This document shows positions 37,768-50,230 of a stretch of DNA of 64,000 bases, piece by piece (positions within the stretch are counted from its first letter, which is position 1; each line of letters starts with the position of its first letter). A program made the translations under genes and the position numbers. Origin of the DNA: Diplonema japonicum (taxonomy: Eukaryota; Protista; Euglenozoa: Diplonemea); NCBI GenBank assembly GCA_964019335.1, contig OZ025674.1, forward strand, positions 576,835 to 640,834. Direction: 5' to 3'. The notes beneath the pieces are model-generated. The model had not been told where the DNA came from. It did not search any database and saw only the letters and a program-made list of their open reading frames with translations.

Positions 37768-39254
37768 ATGAGAATAGGCAGTGATGTGGGCTACTCAAGT
37801 GCCGTGCGGTATAAGATAGAACAGAGGCTTGGGGAGGGTGCTTTCGGTGTGGTGTATAGGGCGCGATCCAACCAAAGTGGTGCCATGGTCGCTGTGAAGT
37901 CCATCACCGAGGACGATGATAAGGTCAACGTGTTACGTGAGTTAGCTTTGATGCTCCATTTTAAGGATTGTCCGCACATACCCCAGATTTTTGGCGCCTT
38001 GCCAAACCCATCAGGTAGTGAGAATAGTGTAGTGCTGATGATGGAGCTCCTCGACATTGACTTGCAGCAATGGTTGGAGAGCCGGGCTCAGCAGATTGAA
38101 ATGTCCCATGTAAGATTGCTGTTATATCAGATGCTTGGCGCACTGCACTGGTTGCATGGGTGTGGCGTCATCCACCGCGACATCAAGCTGCCCAATATGC
38201 TTCTTTACAAGGAATGGTTCTTGAAGGTCTGCGACCTTGGAGAGGCCGACATCAACGGGGAGGAAAAGAAATATGCCCGTGTCGGCACTTACGCACCTCG
38301 TGCGCCTGAATTACTCGTTAATATTTGTCCGTACAGCACAGCCACAGATGTCTGGAGTGTAGGTATCGTGTTCCAGCACCTGCTGGCCGCGTTATATAAC
38401 AAAGAAGTAGTGATCGACGAGGACAGCTGGTCCACTTCGCACGACAGTGTTATGGAAGATGTTGTGAAAGTGACGGGGATACCCTCTGACAAAATGTACG
38501 AAGAAGGCATTTTGCTCGCAGACGCTGAGTGCCCTCAGTTCCTGGACGAAGGTGACTGGGCTGGTATGCAGAGTACATTAATCATCGCAACTTAGATATT
38601 CAAACCTTTGCGGAATTAATGCGCTCTATGAAGTACAAGAACACGAGCCCCCTGGATTGGTCAAAGGAATGGGAAGTACAAGTTCTGCCCCAAGCACAAG
38701 ACCTACTAGGCAGAATGCTTTGTTTCGACCCTGCCAACCGTATCACCGTCAGTGACGCGTTGCAACATGAGTTTTTCACCAAAGCAGAGACCAAGGACCG
38801 CGCCCGTCGCACATTCATTGACGAGGTATCATCGATGGGTGTGGCAGTGAATCTGAACAGAGTGGATTCACCTTTCATATTCGACAACTCAGATGCTGAG
38901 ACGCGGTTGCAACAACTTGTCACGCACCTTCGAAAGGAGTCGGAGCACGAAGCTGCGGAAGGGAACAGCAAAGTGGATGAGTATTACATGCACAGGAAGA
39001 GGATAATAGGCAACATGATGATCTCGCCTCTTGTTGTTCCTGAGGAGGTAAACCGTGCAAGGAGCACACTCTTCCAGCGTTCCAGAGATAAGTTGCTGAT
39101 GAAACGTGATCAAAAGACCGTCCTCCCCAGGAGCATGACAATCGGAGGTTTGTGCAACTTCGACAACTTAGACGCAAGCGAAGAATACATGACTCGCAGC
39201 AACAGTATGCATGGCATCGCGGTGTTTCCAAGCCCCGATGTTAAGAGGCACTGA
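37768..39254 (+). CDS. CMGC-group (MAPK/CDK-like) protein kinase
   Basis: GEGAFG, VAVK, HRDIKLPN, DLG, RAPE, DVWSVG, MLCFDPANRIT; intron 38564-38595. Confidence 0.88.
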
Positions 39255-39436
39255 CCTGTCGTTGTAGCGACCACAGACCACCTGTGGACAGCGAGCACTT
39301 AGATGGTGTACGTACTGCATGTCACCTAGTTTCATTTCGCACCTCTCGCTTGTTGTAGGGCGGGCAGGTGGTTTTGTTTATGTTTTTACAAGTGTTAATT
39401 TAACATCACATACCCGAGTATAGTCACACAGACAAC

Positions 39437-39976
39437 ATGGTGAGGGTGTACGTGCTGAGGCACGAGAGGAGGGGGCATGACCAATCTCACAAGTCAAGGC
39501 TCACTGCAGAAGGCAGTAGCAATGCAGAGAAACTGGTAAAGAGCCTCCGTGAACTTGGGGTGAACAAGGTGTACTGTTCGCCCTTTTTGAGAGCCATTGA
39601 AACTGTGGCACCGTATTGTAGAACACACGAAATCTCCTTACGTATCGAGTGGGGTCTTTGTGAGCTGCTTGCATCGAAACAGCATGCAGAATTTAGCGAT
39701 CCGGCACCTGAACCTGAAGAACTCTTTGGCTGCTCTAGAGCCTCTTATACATCAGTAGTGCCCCCTGACACTTGTCGCTATCGAGAGGGCAAGACGCTCC
39801 TTAAAAGCCGTGTCAGTACCTTTTTGTACAATCTGCGCCAAATCGTAGAGCCGTCTGATGTTGTGCTACTGTGCACCCATATGCATGTCTGCAATGTTAT
39901 TATGCAGGAAGAACAAGAAGACCACCCCCTAAATTTTGTATACCCACAAGGGGCCGTTACGCCTGTACAGATTTGA
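39437..39976 (+). CDS. Histidine phosphatase (phosphoglycerate mutase-like) family protein
   Basis: VYVLRHE, LT..G, CSPFLRAIET, GLCE, LLCTH. Confidence 0.85.
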   Translation: MVRVYVLRHERRGHDQSHKSRLTAEGSSNAEKLVKSLRELGVNKVYCSPFLRAIETVAPYCRTHEISLRIEWGLCELLASKQHAEFSDPAPEPEELFGCSRASYTSVVPPDTCRYREGKTLLKSRVSTFLYNLRQIVEPSDVVLLCTHMHVCNVIMQEEQEDHPLNFVYPQGAVTPVQI

Positions 39977-40055
39977 TTATTTACAATGTACGCAGGCAGG
40001 GGGAATGCTTTTGGAAACGTCATCGACACGACCAACCACAACCAACACCACAGGA

Positions 40056-41559
40056 ATGGTGAGGGCATATGGAGCACATCGCCTGCTGTGGCTGCTGCTT
40101 GTGTATGTCGAGCTTGCATCGGTGCGAAGTGAGACAGAAGTGAGCCTGCACACTGGTGAGGGCGACGTGGAGCTTGAGGAAGGCATCGACTACTGGGTAT
40201 TCCCAACGTCGGGGAGCGGTGTGGTGCACGAGGCTGGTGTTGTTCATATTCCGATGTTCGGGTGTTTTAAGGCGTCGGGACTGAAATTTAAGCACCCACG
40301 GGTAGCAGTCATACGACGTGGGCAGTGCTCGTTCCAAGAGAAAGTGGACATCGCTGCACAGATGAACGTCTCGGCAGTCATGGTGTACAACCAGGGCACC
40401 AATGAGGAAGGCCTGCTGCATGCGCCGTACATCACCCACAACCACGGGCTGCCTATCATCTTCCTCACACTTGAAGCAGGCATGATGTTGTCCTCATACA
40501 CAGGACCCATTAGCATTACAACAACACCATCTTTTTCTTGCATAAGAGACAGACGTCATGTATGATTAACAATTAACATCTTTTACGTTCTTACAGCGCT
40601 TCGCAGATGTAGCCAGCAATTTTGCCGAAGTCGATGCGAGTGAGATGAAAAACATGAACACGTCTGTAGAGGTTCTTAAAGCTCTGAAGGAGGCAGATGG
40701 TATCAATGGGTTTCACTTAGTAGTGCGCACGGGGAACGTGCCTCTCGTAACACACTTCATAGCGAAGGGTGCTGCAGTGAACGCCAAGAATCCCACAAGC
40801 AATGAAACGGCACTGCATTGTGCAGCAAGCTATGGCAGGATAGGAGTTGCCCTGCTGCTGCTTGAAGCAGGCGCTGACATCGAGGCCGTCGACCTAAAAG
40901 GAAGGACGCCTCTTGGTGCAGCGGTGTTGGCTGATTATCCCTTGGTAGTGAAAATGTTGCTTGAATACGGCGCAGATGTGCACCACGTGGATGCCGTGGG
41001 GCAGTCACTGCTATGGTACGCATGCATCAAGCACGCCTCGATGTGCGACTTGCTACTGCAGTGGGGCGCGGATCCAAACTACCAAGCTACTTCAAACCCC
41101 CATTCACCTCTGCACCACGCATCTTTGAAAGGGAGAAGAGACGTCATCAAGGTGCTGTTGAAATGGGGAGCTGACCCAACCATCAGGTCCCGCAATGCGA
41201 AGCACCTGCCAGCTGACTTGGCGATGTCACCCCCGGTGCGCCAGCTGCTGGACCCTCAGTCAACCATCTCTCAGTCATTTTCATTTTTTGAGTTGGAGGA
41301 TTTTGATACGGATCTTCACTTTCTGGATTTTATGACAGCTCTTTGCATCATCTCTTTCGTTTATCTCGGGCACCACAATGGGCCCTTCAAACACCTCCTC
41401 TTACGCGGTTTAGCACAGCTTCTTGTTGTCATGTGGGTATGTTCGTACAAGCACCTCCACTTCTATTGCAGACGCTGTTCGATGATGGTGCGCCTCAGCC
41501 AATGGCCAGCTTCTTTATATTTGCTGTTTACAATGTATGCAAGATATGATACAATATGA
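40056..41559 (+). CDS. Membrane protein with PA (protease-associated) domain and ankyrin repeats
   Basis: Signal-like N-terminus; VAVIRRGQCSFQEKV..A..VMVYN (PA); intron 40560-40596; TALHCAA, TPLGAA and SPLHHA ankyrin units; C-terminal hydrophobic segments. Confidence 0.8.
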
Positions 41560-41713
41560 CAAGCACAGGCGTTCGATTCGGAGACAACAGGCATGATGGG
41601 GGTGAAGCTGTCTGCATCCTTGTTCTGGATGTCTAAATGGTGGGAGATTTTTGGAGAGTTTTAGTTAAGCGGATTTTTTCGATACAAAAGCCTTCATCTA
41701 GGCATGCAATAAA

Positions 41714-42925
41714 ATGGACAAGAGCACTGCTGCAATCAACCGCCATGCAGCCAGCATTGAGCGTGTCATCGCCGCCTTGCGGAGCACTCGCCTTGATGAA
41801 GTCAAGAAGGGAACCTTAGATACATGGGCGGATGAGCTGGAAACAGGTTTGAGTGGCATGCAGGAGCTGGTCCACAGGAGGGGACGATCCAGATATGTTT
41901 CGCATGCCCACCAGGATCACAACGTGTACGAGTCCGCTCCGGGGGTCTTAGCTGGCTCCCTGCATGTTATGTTGGAAGGCCTGGCACACAAGGTACGGGC
42001 GACGAGGGCGGGCTGTTATCTAGTGTCTCATGGTGTAGCACGTGCAGTGGGCATGGTAGGGACACTGCCGCAGGAGAGGAGTGCCGCTTCGGACGACGCA
42101 TGGACTACTCATGTCATGGCATCAGGTATCGGGGTTAATGTCCACACAAAGGTCTCTATTGACAACTCGTCCTCTTTGTCACGGGCCACAGCGAAGAATA
42201 TGTTGTGCTTTCCACTGCCGTCGATAACGAACAGCACGTGCATAGGTGTCGTCCAGTTGTTTGACAAGGACGACGGGAAAGCCGTCTTTACGTCTTCCGA
42301 CGAGTCCGCAGTGGCTGCTTCGCTTGATGTGCTGTCATACATGCTGCAGTTCTATCCTGTCACTCCATTGCTATGGAAGTTTGACAGCAGAATCTTGCAG
42401 AAGGCGAGAAGGTTCACCCCTCCTGAACCGCCGTTGCAGTTTGGTGACAAGCCCCTGTATGACAAACAGCTGGTCTACAGGACATCACAATCGAGCAAGT
42501 TGTTCATTAAAAAGCTCCGGCAATGTACAGCATCCCTTGACAATGGGGGTGCCGTTCCTGTGGACAAACAGTGCGACCTGTATGACGTTGAGGAATATGT
42601 TGAGAAGCTAGAGGACTGTTGGAAGAATGGCATTGACCTGAATGTAGAGTATCAGTGTAACGATGAGTACACGACACGTAAGACACGCGACCTTCGTGAG
42701 GAAGCAACAAAAAGAACGAAGCAGCTTACGGTAGCATACGAAAACCTCGAGGAAGTAGAAAAGAGGTGCGAGGAGTATAAGCTTTCTTATGAAGGCATTG
42801 TTTCGGATATACGAGATCTGACGGCAGAAGATCGACCAAAGACACGTTGTTTCCTGGCCCCCAGACCCCCTCGGGGGTTAATCAGAAAAAGGAGTCGAGC
42901 CTTAGTAGGGCCGGTGCTAGCTTAG
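41714..42925 (+). CDS. GAF-domain protein with coiled-coil tail
   Basis: KNMLCFPL..CIGVVQLFDK..FTSSDE (NKFDE-like GAF motif). Confidence 0.7.
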   Translation: MDKSTAAINRHAASIERVIAALRSTRLDEVKKGTLDTWADELETGLSGMQELVHRRGRSRYVSHAHQDHNVYESAPGVLAGSLHVMLEGLAHKVRATRAGCYLVSHGVARAVGMVGTLPQERSAASDDAWTTHVMASGIGVNVHTKVSIDNSSSLSRATAKNMLCFPLPSITNSTCIGVVQLFDKDDGKAVFTSSDESAVAASLDVLSYMLQFYPVTPLLWKFDSRILQKARRFTPPEPPLQFGDKPLYDKQLVYRTSQSSKLFIKKLRQCTASLDNGGAVPVDKQCDLYDVEEYVEKLEDCWKNGIDLNVEYQCNDEYTTRKTRDLREEATKRTKQLTVAYENLEEVEKRCEEYKLSYEGIVSDIRDLTAEDRPKTRCFLAPRPPRGLIRKRSRALVGPVLA

Positions 42926-42972
42926 CCTTTTCTTTAAGCATTCACAGCAGCTTCTTCATTTCAGGATATGAT

Positions 42973-44539
42973 ATGCTTGCGCCAATACGGGACGGACTGC
43001 AGGAGAGCGCAAAAGACATGCCGGGACTAAGGAACACGGTGCGGCTCACGCTGCCTGTCGGTCCAAAGCCAGGGAAGCCCAGCCTTGATTTAAGCACAAC
43101 AGCAGGAAGTGAAAGGCTTAAAGCAGCAGCATTGAAACAAGTTTCAACGGCCACCCAGATGCGTGAGGAGTTCTGGAATGACAAGGTAAGCGAGGCGCTG
43201 AAGCACGAACAGGAGTGTGCTGTTGCAAAACAGGAATGGCTTCAACAAAACCATGAAACCAAGTTAAACCAAGTGAAACAGCAGAAAGCCCTCAGAAGTC
43301 ATATTAAGGAGAAGAGTGCTTCTTGTTGGCACGAGCATGAGGCACACAGAGCACTTGTCAAGGAATCAACAACTCGTTTCATCCATTCATGGCTTCGCAG
43401 GAAGGCAAACCAGCGACAAGAATATACCCAGCACTTGCACGATGCTAAAGAAGCAGAGATGGCGCATCGGCTAACGATGGCATCGAAGAAGAAGCACCGT
43501 GTTGAAACACATGTGGTATGTTGGGTTTGAGTAGTTATGCAATGCAGAATGCACTGAATGACGAAAATGCAAAACGCAATGCGAAGCTGAAAGAGTACTA
43601 CGAGAAGTTCAACACCAAGATCATGAAGAGACACTCGGAAGAGGAGGAGCATAATGAGAAGCAGTTGCAGCAACATGCGGTATGTTTATTCGTTCTAGTG
43701 ATTTTGTACACGATTTGTAGGCGAACTGCTCCATGATTCGGCAGAAGCACGATGCACAGCAGATAGAGGTAGATGAGATAGCTTCAAAGGTGAGGGCAAC
43801 AACGCAAGAGATGTTGCAGAAGAGAAGCGATCGGGACGTACAGCGTAAAAAAGCAGAGCTGATTCACTTACGAGACATGCAGAAACACGATTTGAGAAAA
43901 GCGGCTGTGCGGGAGTTCCCTCTGTTGTTTCAATGGCTATTGTCAACAGAAATCAATGAGCGAAGTAGAGTGTTAAAGCGAGAGGTCAAGGAGTTGCGAG
44001 GGCTCAAGGATGCACTGCGCAGTGCGTTTAGTTCCATCTGGAACAGGATGAAAGTTGATGTCGTGACACGCGCAAGGAGGGGGCGGTCCCTGGAAGAGAA
44101 GACAAAACAACTTTTGCTCCAGCGTGTGGGTGATGAGCACAGGCTGAAAAGAGAGCAAGCTAAGAAGGCAAGGTTGGTGAAGGAAGCCGACCGGTTGCTG
44201 TTGAAGATAATCAAAAGGCAAGAGCATCAGCAAGATTTTTTCAAAAAGCAAAGTATGTATTGCAATTGTTTTATTGTTTCACAGAAGCAGCAGCAGCGGA
44301 GAGACAGGATCTGCTCAGCAAGCACCGCGAACGTCACAAGCAGCGTTTACTGATAGTCGCACGGCAGCAGAAGCAAGAGCTCGAGGCACCTGCAGTGGAC
44401 TGGGGTACCATATGCAGTGCAACGAAGGTGTCGCGCAATGATTCAATAGCGGAGTACGAGAGGTATGTATGTGGAGTTTCATGTATACTCACCCAGTTTG
44501 CTGTCGTTATCGGGCTTAGATGCCCCTGCGTCTCTGTAG
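42973..44539 (+). CDS. Multi-exon coiled-coil protein
   Basis: K/E/Q/R-rich ORF pieces separated by GTAT..AG mini-introns; last intron 44463-44496. Confidence 0.55.
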
Positions 44540-44622
44540 CATGTGCACTTTTACAAGGGCATGTCTTACTTCACGTCCGTCATTCGTAATTCGGATTTTA
44601 TTTTGTTTCAATTTACCCAGTT

Positions 44623-45367
44623 ATGATTAAAAAATGCGTCATATTGAGATGTAAGCCAGTGGTGCCGCTAGAATTGGTATTAGTAACAAAATGCATGCAA
44701 TCTTACACAGGTAGCTGCCGAGCAGGACACATGGGATTTAGACGCCATAAGAAAAGAGGTGGTGCAGTCCACTGACTACGCATACAGCTCGACCCCTGCC
44801 GTTCTGGACATGATCAAGAAAAAGCGAGGAGAGATCACCTTCGCTAAAGAGTCGGATAATGGGATAAAGAGCCTCGTTGAGAAAGGAGATTTAGAAGAAT
44901 TACAGAGAAGAAAGAAGTATTTGCGAAAGACAGGGAGGGGTATCTCTCTGGGGTGGCACACTGCAGAGCTGAGTATATTGAGAATGAAACCGCCAAGTGC
45001 GGAGCAAGAGAGAGACATACGGAACATCATGCAAGATGTGCGGTTTAGTTCTGTGAATGTGACGGAAGAGTACTGGAACGCAGTGCTTTGTGCCTTGGCC
45101 GTCTACGGTATGCCCAAGGTGTTGGAAGGTTTGGACGAGATGAGCCACAGCAGCGTCCCAGTGACGAATGCGACGCTCAAGAGCGTGCTGAGAACAGCAC
45201 AGACGCAGGAGGAGGCCGCGAAGTACTTTAACCACTTTGTTAGCACTTACAGCATCATTCCTGATGAGGGGGTCGTGAAGGGTCTTCGGCGGCTGTGCAA
45301 GTCTAACAGAGAGATGGATGACCTACTGGCATTTATGCGAAATTCGTGGGGTGTGCGCGTTAGATGA
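44623..45367 (+). CDS. Small PPR-like protein
   Basis: Intron 44677-44710 adds an ATG exon in frame; YWNAVL..LDEM..VPVTNATLKSVLR..EEAAKYF..IIPD. Confidence 0.55.
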
Positions 45368-45423
45368 GTACCTAATGCTACCCTCGTGCACGACATCAAC
45401 ACACTGCTAGGATAGGGTGGGAT

Positions 45424-46482
45424 ATGTCGAGTGAAAATGAGATCCTTCGGTCGCGTCTTCGAGATCAAGAGCACCAGTTGCAGTTACTGCGCGCAGCCCT
45501 GAGTGGCAGGGAAGCGCTACTGAATATGCCCACGGACGATATAGATGGGAGGTGGTTGGTAGCATTTAAGAAGCAGCTCAGGGAGCAGGCCACCTTGGAA
45601 GTGAAGGCTGTTGCAGGTGGCACTGAACCAGCGTTGCCCCGTGCTGACATCGCCTTCGATATGCGTGTTGAAGCTAGCAATAGCAAAAGCACGCCTACCG
45701 TTTCCATGCAACCTGTAATGCAGCTGGACGATCTGCCGATCGCGAGTGATAAGTACGCTGAAACGCTTCTGAATACAACCAAACAGCTTCTAGATGTGTG
45801 GCAAGGTGCCCTCAGAGAGAGGTACCACGCGTTGCTATCTCAGCTGTTTGATTCTTTCACCACCTTCAAAAAATCACCAAAGGACCACTCTCTGCAAACC
45901 TTTTTGGCAGTCGTCAATGACCTGCATCCAGAAGCGGAACTACTGATGCACGAGAATAACGACGACAGTTTCTCAGGTCCTGATGGGAACCCCTTCGAAA
46001 CCGACGCAGAAGGCATCGCAGCTTATTTCAAAGGTGTAATGGACCAGCACACCAACGATTGCTTGATCAGCCGAAAAGAAGATATTTACAAAGAAGTGAA
46101 GGAAACCGTCTCAAAATTGGAAAGGGAACTCGAATCTTGGAAAACAAAGCACAGTGAGTTGGAAGCTGCCAATAAGAAATGCCTGTTGCAAAGAGATACC
46201 TTGTCAAATGATGTGGCACAATGGAAGCATAAGTATGAGATGGAAAAGCAAAAGGCTCCCGCTGTTGAAAGAAAGTCGGAAATGCCATCAGTCGTGGCAG
46301 CACCCCGGCCTATGGCCAACAAAAAGAGAATAGGGGAACTGCGTGCTGCACTTAGCCATTTTGAAGTCCAGCTTGCAGCTTCGTGTTATAATAGCCATGG
46401 TTCAGAACAGCGGCATTCAAATCTTAGAAGGAGAATGGAAGCGGTAAGGACTGAGTTGCAGCGAGAAGAGTCTCTTTTATAG
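45424..46482 (+). CDS. Hypothetical coiled-coil protein
   Basis: 352-aa ORF with heptad-rich segments. Confidence 0.6.
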   Translation: MSSENEILRSRLRDQEHQLQLLRAALSGREALLNMPTDDIDGRWLVAFKKQLREQATLEVKAVAGGTEPALPRADIAFDMRVEASNSKSTPTVSMQPVMQLDDLPIASDKYAETLLNTTKQLLDVWQGALRERYHALLSQLFDSFTTFKKSPKDHSLQTFLAVVNDLHPEAELLMHENNDDSFSGPDGNPFETDAEGIAAYFKGVMDQHTNDCLISRKEDIYKEVKETVSKLERELESWKTKHSELEAANKKCLLQRDTLSNDVAQWKHKYEMEKQKAPAVERKSEMPSVVAAPRPMANKKRIGELRAALSHFEVQLAASCYNSHGSEQRHSNLRRRMEAVRTELQREESLL

Positions 46483-46740
46483 ATGCCAGTACTAGACTTT
46501 TGCATACGCTCCATATTCGCTAAAGTGACCCACCAGAGCCCGCATTTTGAAGAGCTAAAAAAATTCTAATTGCTTTTTCTAGGCTGGAATGGATTTACTT
46601 GCGTCCGGGGCCCATCCGACATATGGAATTTCTTTTTGTACTAAGATTTTTTTTTGGTGATTTGCCTTACTTTGTACTATGCAAAATGAAGCAGCTCCGG
46701 TGGAAAAAACACAACACAAGTGGGGTTCGAACCTGATGAG

Positions 46741-46815
46741 AAAAACTGCGGCGGGATTCGAACCCGCGACTCCTGGACCTGAAGGTGAGTACGGTAACCA
46801 CTCTACCACACGGGA
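46741..46815 (-). ncRNA. tRNA-like sequence (pseudo-tRNA, SINE head or Pol III promoter element)
   Basis: Minus strand: A box TGGTAGAGTGG, perfect T arm GCGGG-TTCGAAT-CCCGC, tRNA-like spacing, TTTTT terminator; acceptor and anticodon stems pair poorly. Confidence 0.55.
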
Positions 46816-47238
46816 ATTCAAAACTCTGGCCCCCCATCTTCACCCACGCATCCAGCATAGTGGATGGTGTAGGTTCCCTTCTTTCCACGCCGCATATTCT
46901 CCATGCTGGCTTCTGGGATCGAACCAGTTTTTCAAGAGGAAAAGTGCCCAGGTGCAAAAATGGCCAAAACACAAATGGCAACTTCCGAGGTCATGTTGGT
47001 TGGCCCCCAAGGTTTTTTTTTTTTTTTTTTGGAAAAGAAAATTGGAACTTTTTTGGAACTCACCGTTCTTTCATATGAATTTTTGGAAAAAAAGATTCAG
47101 TGAACCTTTGAGCATTTTTGCCGTTTTTTTCCCTATATTCCTATAATCCCTTTAGGACATAGGCTGGGTCACTTAGCGAATATGGAGCGATAACATTGTT
47201 TTTAGTCACTTTGTTACTAAGCTTTGTATCCAGGAAAC

Positions 47239-49207
47239 ATGAATTGCTGTGTCGTAGACACACGCGGTAAGCCGCACGATCATGAGAGAGGATGTCACGA
47301 TGTTCCCTGTTTGGTGTTGCTCGTGCTGTTCTCAATAGGCATGTTCACAGTGTGTGGGTTGGCGATACAAGAGGGCGATTTAAAATATTTAGAACACGGG
47401 ACGGACCACGAAGGGAGGGTATGCGGCCAAGGCAGCCCCCCGCCAGGGGTGAGCGACGACGAATGGAAGAAGAGGGTCTTCTTGTGGTTCCCCGCAGACA
47501 ATACTGCAGATCTTGCGCTGTGCATTGAAAAATGCCCTCACTATGACGCTAGTATGTCGTACATGGTCAAGGGTTACTCAGGCGAGATAAGAGTCACATA
47601 CGCTACACGAAGCAGTTATGAGAGGTGCATCCCAATAACATGGACCTCATCCAAGCCTTCCCCCACATCGTATATGCTCATCAAGAAGACGGCGTTCCAA
47701 GCTGCTGTCGAGATTAATAAATCGACAAAGGTGTTCGCTATAGCCTGCGGTACTGCCTTTGTTCTTTCGCACACATGGGTCTCTCTCGCTGCTTTTGTTC
47801 CCGGTACAACGTTTCTTCTGCTAGTTATGTCGTATGTAGTTACCTTCTTACTGTTTGTGGTATTTGGTGTTGCTGCTTATGAATTCAGCAGCGAGGTATG
47901 TCGCGACCACTACCTATTTATTGCTGCAGGTGCCGGGCATCGATGCTGATTTTGATCATTCACTATTCTGGGAAGCAGTTAGCTACATGATGTTCGTCTT
48001 CAGCTTTTTTTATCTCTTGCTTGGGTGTCATCTCCTATCGTACTTGCCCATTGCTTGCATCATCTTGAACGAGATAAGTAAGATGATCACCAACCTCGTT
48101 CTCGTTTTAATACTACCCTTCTTGACTCTGATGGTCCTCCTGCCCTCGTCTATACTGTGTATCGAAGGGGCCCTGCACCTGGCAACAGTTGTGTCAACTG
48201 TCGACAAACACCTAGAAGCAGACCCCATGCTGGATCTCATCTGGTACCTCCTAATAGGTTGGTGCTGGTGGGTTGCCTTCCTTCTTGGATTCCTGTACGT
48301 TGCCGTTTGCTATTGCATGGTGTTTTGGTATTTTGAGGGGCCCGTGTCTTCACCGAGAGTTTCGCAGGTATGCAGATTAACAAAATAAATAAAACAAACA
48401 AAACAAGAGTACGTTTGCAGTCATGCACGCTGTCTGGTGGACCTTTAGGTACCACATGGGAAGCATTGCGTGTGGGTCAGTCATAATCATGTTTGTGCAG
48501 CCCTTGAGAACTGTATTTAGACCTTTTGAGGGCTTACTTAGATCAGCTGGCGGTGCAATGTGTGGGTGTTGCCTAAACTGCTACCTCGGGTTCCTGGACA
48601 AGGTTCTGCACCCTTACTCGAAGTCAACGTATGCACTGCAATGCATCCTGGGTGTCGACCCACCACCGAACACTCCGGATCTTGCCTGCTGTGGCGCGTT
48701 CTTGAATGGTTACATACGGGCAGCTGGATTTGCAAGGAGTTCATACTTCAAAAGGCTACCTGGCATTGCTATTGTCAACTTCAAGTCTGATGTTCTGCTC
48801 GTGTCCGGGAAGATGGCTGCTTGTTCTGTTTCTTGTGTACTTACGTGGCAATTGCTGAGGCAAGACTCCATTGCCACCACAGAGACCACTACGTTCCCGT
48901 TCATACTTTCGGTGATTGTAGCGTACGTAATCTGCTCTGCAGTGTTCTCGCTTTTCATGGCGGCGCTTGATGCGTTGATAGTTTGCTACGCGTTTGATAC
49001 CATCTGGCCGTCCACTGTTGGTATGTAAGACAGTCACATAACATCACAGCAGCCCACATGAGCGACGACCTGTACCCTCTTCGAGGGAGTGTCCTGCCGA
49101 CAAAGATTGACCTCCGATCCAACTCGACTACAACACTGAAAACCACAACAGCCTTCAATCAGTCCAACGAGATGGTCAGCATGGATGGAAAACAAGAGCA
49201 CTTATGA
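47239..49207 (+). CDS. Choline transporter-like (CTL/SLC44 family) protein
   Basis: RGCHDVPCL..GTDHEGRVCG..LCIEKCP; RYHMGSIACGS; many TM helices; mini-introns near 47896, 48368 and at 49021-49049. Confidence 0.85.
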
Positions 49208-50230
49208 GGCTTTTACAAGCTCCGCAAAATTTGTCAGTTAAAACTATTCTTTTTCGGGGACCAATGTTTCCAACCTCCCTGTGGTGGTTCCTGGTAATTG
49301 TGGTTTGGAGAAACACAAGCGAAAGGGAAACTCTCGTTCTAAAGCCGTACACGTGGGGAAACCTGGACGGGGGTGGAGAGCCCACCCTACGCGTGGCGCC
49401 AGTTAGCATCGCCCTCAACGGAGAGTCCCTTATCCCATTACATCGAACAAGGAGGTGGCTTCACCAGGTCAGGCAAGTAGCCTCCCCGCGGCAACGTGCC
49501 AGTGAAGCCTCCCACAACTCTCCAGTTGGTGTTTAATTGCTTCTGTGGCCCCTCTCCCTATTTCAATTTCCAAGCTTTCTTTACCTCTCCACTTTTACTT
49601 TCTACGGGACCACAGGGGACTTGGGAGGCTTCGGGGCGAAGTTTCACAAGGGTGGCCGCTGTGTCACATACTGCATGGCACCACTAAAATCGAGACAACT
49701 TTTTCTTTGGCTAACCAAGGTAGCCTAATCCCATGACAAGCTTGGCGCGTCACTTTTCTTGAGCACCAGGGTTCCTTCGGGCATTCAGACGTTTCCAGCG
49801 TCACTTTTGTTTCCCAGCTTCAGAAAAGAAGCAGAAATACCTACCCAAAGAGTGGACAGAAGGGTTCATGGTTCTAACCTGAATTAAATTGAATGCGACC
49901 ACCCGTGTGCCACGGTTACCTTCTTGCTCGGATGGAAGTCACACTTCACAGCCATTCATTGACATTCTTTTCGTCATCCTTCTACTCCTGTTTAAAGGAG
50001 GATGGAGGGAGGTTTTTTTTTGTTTGAAAAATGAACAAAACATACCGGATTTGTACTTATATTGTTATGTGCCCAAATTGGGCAAGAAATTCGAAATAGG
50101 TACATAATATTTACAGAACACCATTAAAACAGAACATAAAATTTACAAAGATAAAAAGAATCCCAGAAGATATCCCTAAAAAATTAAAAGTCCCAAGACA
50201 AAAACAAAATACCCCCCAGCCGGGGAGGGG

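Noticed and set aside
46746-46815. Functional tRNA-Sec or opal suppressor
   Set aside because: Acceptor and anticodon stems are mostly mismatched and there is no long variable arm
49210-50200. Small ORFs after the CTL gene
   Set aside because: Short, inconsistent frames with no recognisable motif; likely decayed repeat DNA
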